Assembly (NCBI GenBank): GCA_052146795.1
Contig: JBKQMH010000175.1
Coordinates: 885 to 64,884 of the forward strand
From: Verrucomicrobiia bacterium
Lineage (GTDB): Bacteria; Verrucomicrobiota; Verrucomicrobiia; Palsa-1439
Direction of reading: 5' to 3'
DNA: 64,000 nt
Shown here one piece after another: positions 62,313 through 64,000 of the stretch. The notes under the pieces were generated by a model. That model ran no database searches, was not told where the DNA came from, and saw only the letters and a program-made list of their open reading frames with translations. The position numbers and the translations under genes were made by a program. How positions within the stretch are numbered: the stretch's first letter is position 1; each line of letters opens with the position of its first letter.

Positions 62313-62611
62313 CGACAGGACCAAGAGAGAGGCACGTGCAACTCGATGACCGATGAACCGCGAGTGAAGAGGGCCAGGAGTGGAGGAAGTCGCATCGTTT
62401 CTGGCGCAACTCATCGGTGCGTGTTTTCGTGCGGCACTTCCGCCGCTTGACACCCGCACTCTTTCTCTGCAGGCGACCTACCATGGCCCGCAACCGTCGC
62501 CAGCGAGGAAGCCGCGAGAGACGCGGGGCGGTCGCTTTGGGACGTAGATACAATTCCTGACCCTCAGAACAAGGCTCTTCTGTCTTTCTTAAATGTGATA
62601 TTCTCCGCTCG

Positions 62612-64000
62612 ATGACAAGGCGGAAGCCTATCGATGACGCCCCGCATCAACAGACGGCGGCGTTGTCCCCTGTAACGGAAGCTTACTTTGCCCACCGGCC
62701 CTGGCTCCCCGCTTTGGTTTTGGTGATCGTCACATTAACAGCTTACCAGCCAACATGGCACGCGGGTTTCATCTGGGATGACAATTACTACGTGACACAG
62801 AATCGGGCGCTCCGATCCCTGGACGGTTTGGGAAGAATCTGGGTCAAGCCGGGGACGACCGCGCAGTACTATCCGTTGGTGTTCACCACGTTCTGGGCGG
62901 AGTATCATCTCTGGAAGTTGCAGCCTCTCGGGTATCATCTCGCCAACATTTTCTTGCACGCGTTGAATGCGGTCCTGCTCTGGCACGTGTTGCGCCGGTT
63001 GGAGATCCCGGGCTCGTGGTGGGCTGCGGCCATCTTTGCGGTTCACCCGGTAAGCGTGGAGTCCGTGGCGTGGATTACCGAACGCAAGAATGTCCTTTCG
63101 GGATTGTTCTATTTTCTGGCGGTGCTGGCGTATCTTCGGTTTCGACCGTTGACAGGTCCGGACGCAGCCCGTGCGTGCGACTGGCGGTACTATCCGCTGG
63201 TTCTGGTGTTGTTTGTGTGCGCCCTGCTCAGCAAGACGGTGACATGTTCGCTGCCGGCGGTTCTCATGCTCTTGATTTGGTGGAAGACCGGCCGGGTTGA
63301 ACGGCGGGATGTCCTGGCGCTGGCTCCGCTGTTTGTCATGGGAGTTGCGTCGGGCTTCATGACGATCTGGATGGAGAAACATTCTGTGGGTGCCAGCGGA
63401 GCGGAATGGGCGCTGTCGTTTGTGCAGCGTTGCCTGGTCGCCGGACGGGCGCTATGGTTTTACGCGGGCAAGCTGTTCTGGCCGCGCAACTTCACTTTCA
63501 TCTATCCGCGCTGGGAAATTGATACCGGCGCGCCGTGGCAGTACTTGTTCCCGGTGGCCGCCTTGGTTGTTGTGATTGCGTTGTGGTGGCTGCGGTCGGG
63601 GATTGGAAGAGGGCCGCTGGTGGCCGTGTTGTGCTTTGCGGGCACCTTGGTGCCCGCCCTGGGGTTTTTTGATGTCTTTCCATTCCGCTACTCCTACGTT
63701 GCCGACCACTTTCAATACCTGGCCTGCATCGGGTTGATCTCTCTCGCCGTGAGCACCGGCGCCGCGATCTGCCAGCGGGGAGGTTCATGGGGCCGCAATT
63801 TGGGAACAGTCGCCGCCGCAATCGTATTGTTGGTATTGGGCGTGTCCACGTGGAAGCGGACACATGTCTATCAGAACCTGGAGACGCTCTGGCAAGATAC
63901 CGTGAGCAGGAATCCCGGTGCCTACATGGCGCACAACAATCTGGGAGTTGCCTTATCCCAGGCAGGCAGGTTACAGGAAGCCATCGGGCAGTTCGAGCAG
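62612..64000 (+). CDS. TMTC-like (DUF1736) multi-TM + TPR protein, 3' partial at window end
   Basis: Manually translated in frame 2 from ATG 62612 (MTRRKPIDD...AYQPTWHAGFIWDDNYYVT...). Multi-TM N-domain, then TPR begins at window end (AHNNLGVALSQAGRLQEAIGQ). Not in ORF track as a single ORF because it runs off the end. Confidence 0.7.
   Translation, partial: MTRRKPIDDAPHQQTAALSPVTEAYFAHRPWLPALVLVIVTLTAYQPTWHAGFIWDDNYYVTQNRALRSLDGLGRIWVKPGTTAQYYPLVFTTFWAEYHLWKLQPLGYHLANIFLHALNAVLLWHVLRRLEIPGSWWAAAIFAVHPVSVESVAWITERKNVLSGLFYFLAVLAYLRFRPLTGPDAARACDWRYYPLVLVLFVCALLSKTVTCSLPAVLMLLIWWKTGRVERRDVLALAPLFVMGVASGFMTIWMEKHSVGASGAEWALSFVQRCLVAGRALWFYAGKLFWPRNFTFIYPRWEIDTGAPWQYLFPVAALVVVIALWWLRSGIGRGPLVAVLCFAGTLVPALGFFDVFPFRYSYVADHFQYLACIGLISLAVSTGAAICQRGGSWGRNLGTVAAAIVLLVLGVSTWKRTHVYQNLETLWQDTVSRNPGAYMAHNNLGVALSQAGRLQEAIGQFEQ

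Overview
High-GC (about 60-65%) chromosomal segment of a Gram-negative bacterium (LpxA, AsmA-like, RseP present). The long IspG with an insertion domain and the TMTC-like TPR membrane proteins suggest a PVC-superphylum or Acidobacteria-like lineage, but this is low confidence. Most of the window is core metabolism, mostly on the minus strand. Core genes include proBA, ppdK, a sigma-70 factor, apt, the ispG-rseP-dxr-cdsA-uppS-purA block, gltA, dus, a rsmC-like gene, a CysM/Mec+/CysO-MoeZ cysteine-sulfur cluster with several rhodaneses, tRNA-Ala(CGC), leuA-ilvC-ilvN, a DEAD-box helicase and lpxA. The accessory content is more interesting. (1) The first ~6.7 kb is the edge of an integrative conjugative or mobilizable element: HTH proteins, a ParA-like ATPase, a MobF/TrwC-type relaxase-helicase and an excisionase, followed by a lower-GC repeat-rich boundary or oriT-like region. 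(2) A three-gene lower-GC islet carries a ParE/antitoxin pair plus a co-operonic unknown 196-aa protein. (3) A lower-GC islet is bounded by duplicated HNH-endonuclease N-terminal remnants around a secreted protein gene. (4) A lower-GC insertion between rsmC and moeZ holds a convergent AbiV-like + DUF2971-like pair, the best candidate for an uncharacterised two-gene anti-phage system. (5) A MoaD/CysO domain is fused to MoeZ-rhodanese next to a JAMM protease, implying proteolytic release of the sulfur carrier. (6) A pair of paralogous small proteins near the tRNA flanks a rhodanese/REC pair. Many long ORFs in the six-frame track are antisense artefacts typical of high-GC DNA and are rejected. 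No CRISPR array or rRNA was seen.
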